Below are positions 61,673 through 64,000 of a stretch of DNA of 64,000 nt, in pieces; position 1 is the first letter of the stretch; each line of letters starts with the position of its first letter. Location of the stretch: assembly GCF_964188315.1 (NCBI RefSeq), contig NC_135659.1, positions 47,678,001 to 47,742,000 on the forward strand. Reading direction: 5' to 3'. Below the pieces are notes generated by a model. The model was not told where the DNA came from. It made no database searches and saw only the letters and a list, made by a program, of their open reading frames with translations. Both the position numbers and the translations under genes were made by a program. This DNA comes from Podarcis muralis. Taxonomy: Eukaryota.

Positions 61673-62294
61673 TGTTGCTATGAGCTTGTGGGTGCCAGGC
61701 TCCCCTAAATTCCTGGACCCAGTAAGTGTTCAAATTTAATCAAACCTCTTGAACTCCTGGATTCATCAAGGGTTAAAAAATAAGACAGGCTAGTTTCCTC
61801 ATGAGGTAATCGCCTGGGAGATGAGCCATTAAGAGAGAACAAAGGGAAAGGTGATGGACCATTAACAAAGCTAAAGAGAGGAGGCTCTGGGCCAGATGGC
61901 AAATGGATGGGGCCTTCCTACAGCTCTCAGATAGTTAGTTAGAAGACACAGCCAGAGTCTGAATTAGTGCCTTTAGGGTTGGCTGTGATGTTACCTAGAG
62001 AAAGAAAAGTTTGCAGACTGGTAAAGGCAGCAAGCTTAAGAGAGGGTCAGAGCATGATGGTTGCCTTTGAATCCAAGGCTGCAGCTATGAGAAAAACAAA
62101 CCCTTTTGGGGTGTTGATGCGGTGAACCCCTTCATCATAGGCTCAGGTTGTACATATGTGTGAATAAACCATATATCCTAAAGACACTACAGTCTCCACT
62201 GTGCCTCATGTCCAAAAGGAAAAACAAACCCCTGGGTAGGTGCTTGCAACCCCTGGAATCTCACACTGCTTAGAGATTGGGGTGGTATGCAACA
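61673..62294 (+). mobile_element. Solo-LTR-like element
   Basis: Inverted termini TGTTGC...GCAACA, internal polyA signal in gaataaaccatatatcctaaagacactacagtctcc, flanked by ATA on both sides. Confidence 0.55.
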
Positions 62295-63612
62295 ATATTA
62301 TTCCTAATATCCTTTACTTATCAAGTAGAAAATTCATGCAAGCCAACATAGGAGTTGGTTGTCATTTTTCGTTTTTCTACTGCAATATCTCCATTGGGCT
62401 GATTCTTACCATCATTTTTGTTGCAGTGAACATGACATTTATCATGGTTGTATTGGGGTCCATTCAGGAGAAATGATTACCACATGAAAACCACAGAGCA
62501 AACCAACTCATTGAGAAGGTCATTGTGTCCTAGGGGGCCCTTCCAAATAATGATCAGCATAGTATCTTCATAAACTTTATTCTACTCCTGTTTTAAGGGT
62601 GATTTTGTTTCATTTCTGTTCAAGCATCAGCTCTTACGTAAAGTAATATTAAACACTGGACAACTGGCAAAGCACAAAGTCATTTTGCAAGGAGATCAGC
62701 GGCACTGCCAGGCTTGAGGAGATTCTGGGTGTGTATTTGTTCCTATACCCCATCACCTGGTCCAGAAGGAGCTGAATAGATGGGGCTAAGGAAGAAGGTT
62801 TTCTAAGGCCAGAGTCATTGGTAGCTTAAGATTCTGGCAGGGTCTGGCTTGCCTGCCAAACTGCACTGCTTTGTTTTATTAAAAGACTTTCCTTTTGCAG
62901 TGGACACTTTTGCCATGGGTGTGATTCTCTCTCTTGCTTTCTGCACATGGCACACATGTTTGTTGGCCAGGGACACTTTTTTGAACATCAGGATTGTACT
63001 TCAGTATGATAGGTTTTGATTGGTGATCTTTATGTTCCCCCAGCTCTTCATCTCTAAGGTTCTGAGAGGCATTCAGAAACAGTGCTGTTGGGTTTACAGA
63101 TCACAAAATTTTGGGGAGAGGAGATGAGGGAGTACTATTTAAACCCTCAATAACATTCTAAAATCAAAGTGAAGTCTTTCCAGTTGTTGTTGTTGTTATC
63201 TGCCTGTTTGTTTCCTCCTCCCAAATAGAAGCCATTTAATAGTACTAGCAAGGGTTGACTTGAGGCTGTGTTGGCCCCTAGGCACTGACTGGGGAAGTAA
63301 CAGACTTGTGGGGGAAATGTTCACGGCAGTTCCTAGACCAGAAACTGTCACATTCAATCAAACACCACCACAAGTTAGCATTGCACAATGCAGAACACTC
63401 TTCTGAATAATATGGACATTTTTCTGAAAGTACCAGTAGCAGAGTCTGTTATCAGTTACCTAAATCACTGGAAACATCAGTCTCAGTTTACAATGTAACC
63501 ACCAATTTATATTTTTGTACAGGGGACTTAATAGCAATTAGATGGTGCACTTTTCGTTTCAGTCTTAGCTGATCCCAAATTAGTAAACTAATAATGCAAC
63601 CCTATGCATGCA

Positions 63613-63962
63613 GGACGCGGGTGGCGCTGTGGTGTAAACCACTGAGCCTTCGGCTTGCTGATTGGAAGGTCGGTGGTTCAAATCCCCACCATGGGGTGAG
63701 CTCTCATTGCTTGGTCCCAGCTCCTGCCATCCTAGCAGTTCGAAATCACATCAAAGTGCAAGTAGATAATTAGGTACTGCTCTGGCAGGAAGGTAAATGG
63801 CACTTCTGTGCGCTGCTCTGGTTTCAGTTATGCTGGCCACATGACCTGGGAAAACTGTCTGTGGATAAACGTCGGCTCCCTCGGCCAGTAAAGTGAGATG
63901 AGCGCCGCAACCCCAGAGTCGTCCGCAACTGGACCTAATGGTCAGGGGTTCCTTTACCTTTT
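63613..63962 (+). mobile_element. Sauria SINE (subfamily A)
   Basis: Head ggacgcgggtggcgctgtgg, core gtgcaagtagataat, tail ggggttcctttacctttt. No TSD seen. Confidence 0.9.
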
Positions 63963-64000
63963 CCTGGAAATAAAAGCTCCCCCCGCCCCGTGCAATTCTC

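Overview
Vertebrate nuclear DNA, not prokaryotic. The Sauria SINEs, BovB/RTE, L2 and CR1 content point to a squamate, probably a lacertid lizard (inference). Almost the whole window appears to be intronic sequence of AGBL4 (cytosolic carboxypeptidase 6, + strand). I can support only one host coding exon, 24536-24647 (112 nt, CSLMGFDLNRHWADPSPWAHPTLHGVKQLIVQMYNNP); I did not find the neighbouring exons. The rest is a dense transposon landscape: an antisense L2 LINE with an uninterrupted 957-aa endonuclease+RT ORF, a dead L2 of a second subfamily, older L2/CR1/BovB fragments, five Sauria SINEs, three other tRNA-derived SINEs, seven Tc1/mariner-type MITEs, eight hAT-type MITEs, two solo-LTR-like elements and microsatellites. 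TE-free blocks that look like conserved non-coding elements lie between them. I found no CRISPR array, rRNA or true tRNA gene, and no clearly new biological system. Best leads: (1) the 5'-truncated L2 whose ORF gains an ATG from flanking DNA; (2) a GNRA-versus-UUCG tetraloop swap in the 3' stem-loops of two L2 subfamilies; (3) candidate poison exon, microexon and recursive splice site in the AGBL4 introns; (4) a palindromic block at 13.6-13.8 kb; (5) a polyadenylated retro-fragment visible only after removing two nested insertions at 33.3-34.2 kb. Boundaries of old degenerate repeats are approximate and identities are by eye.
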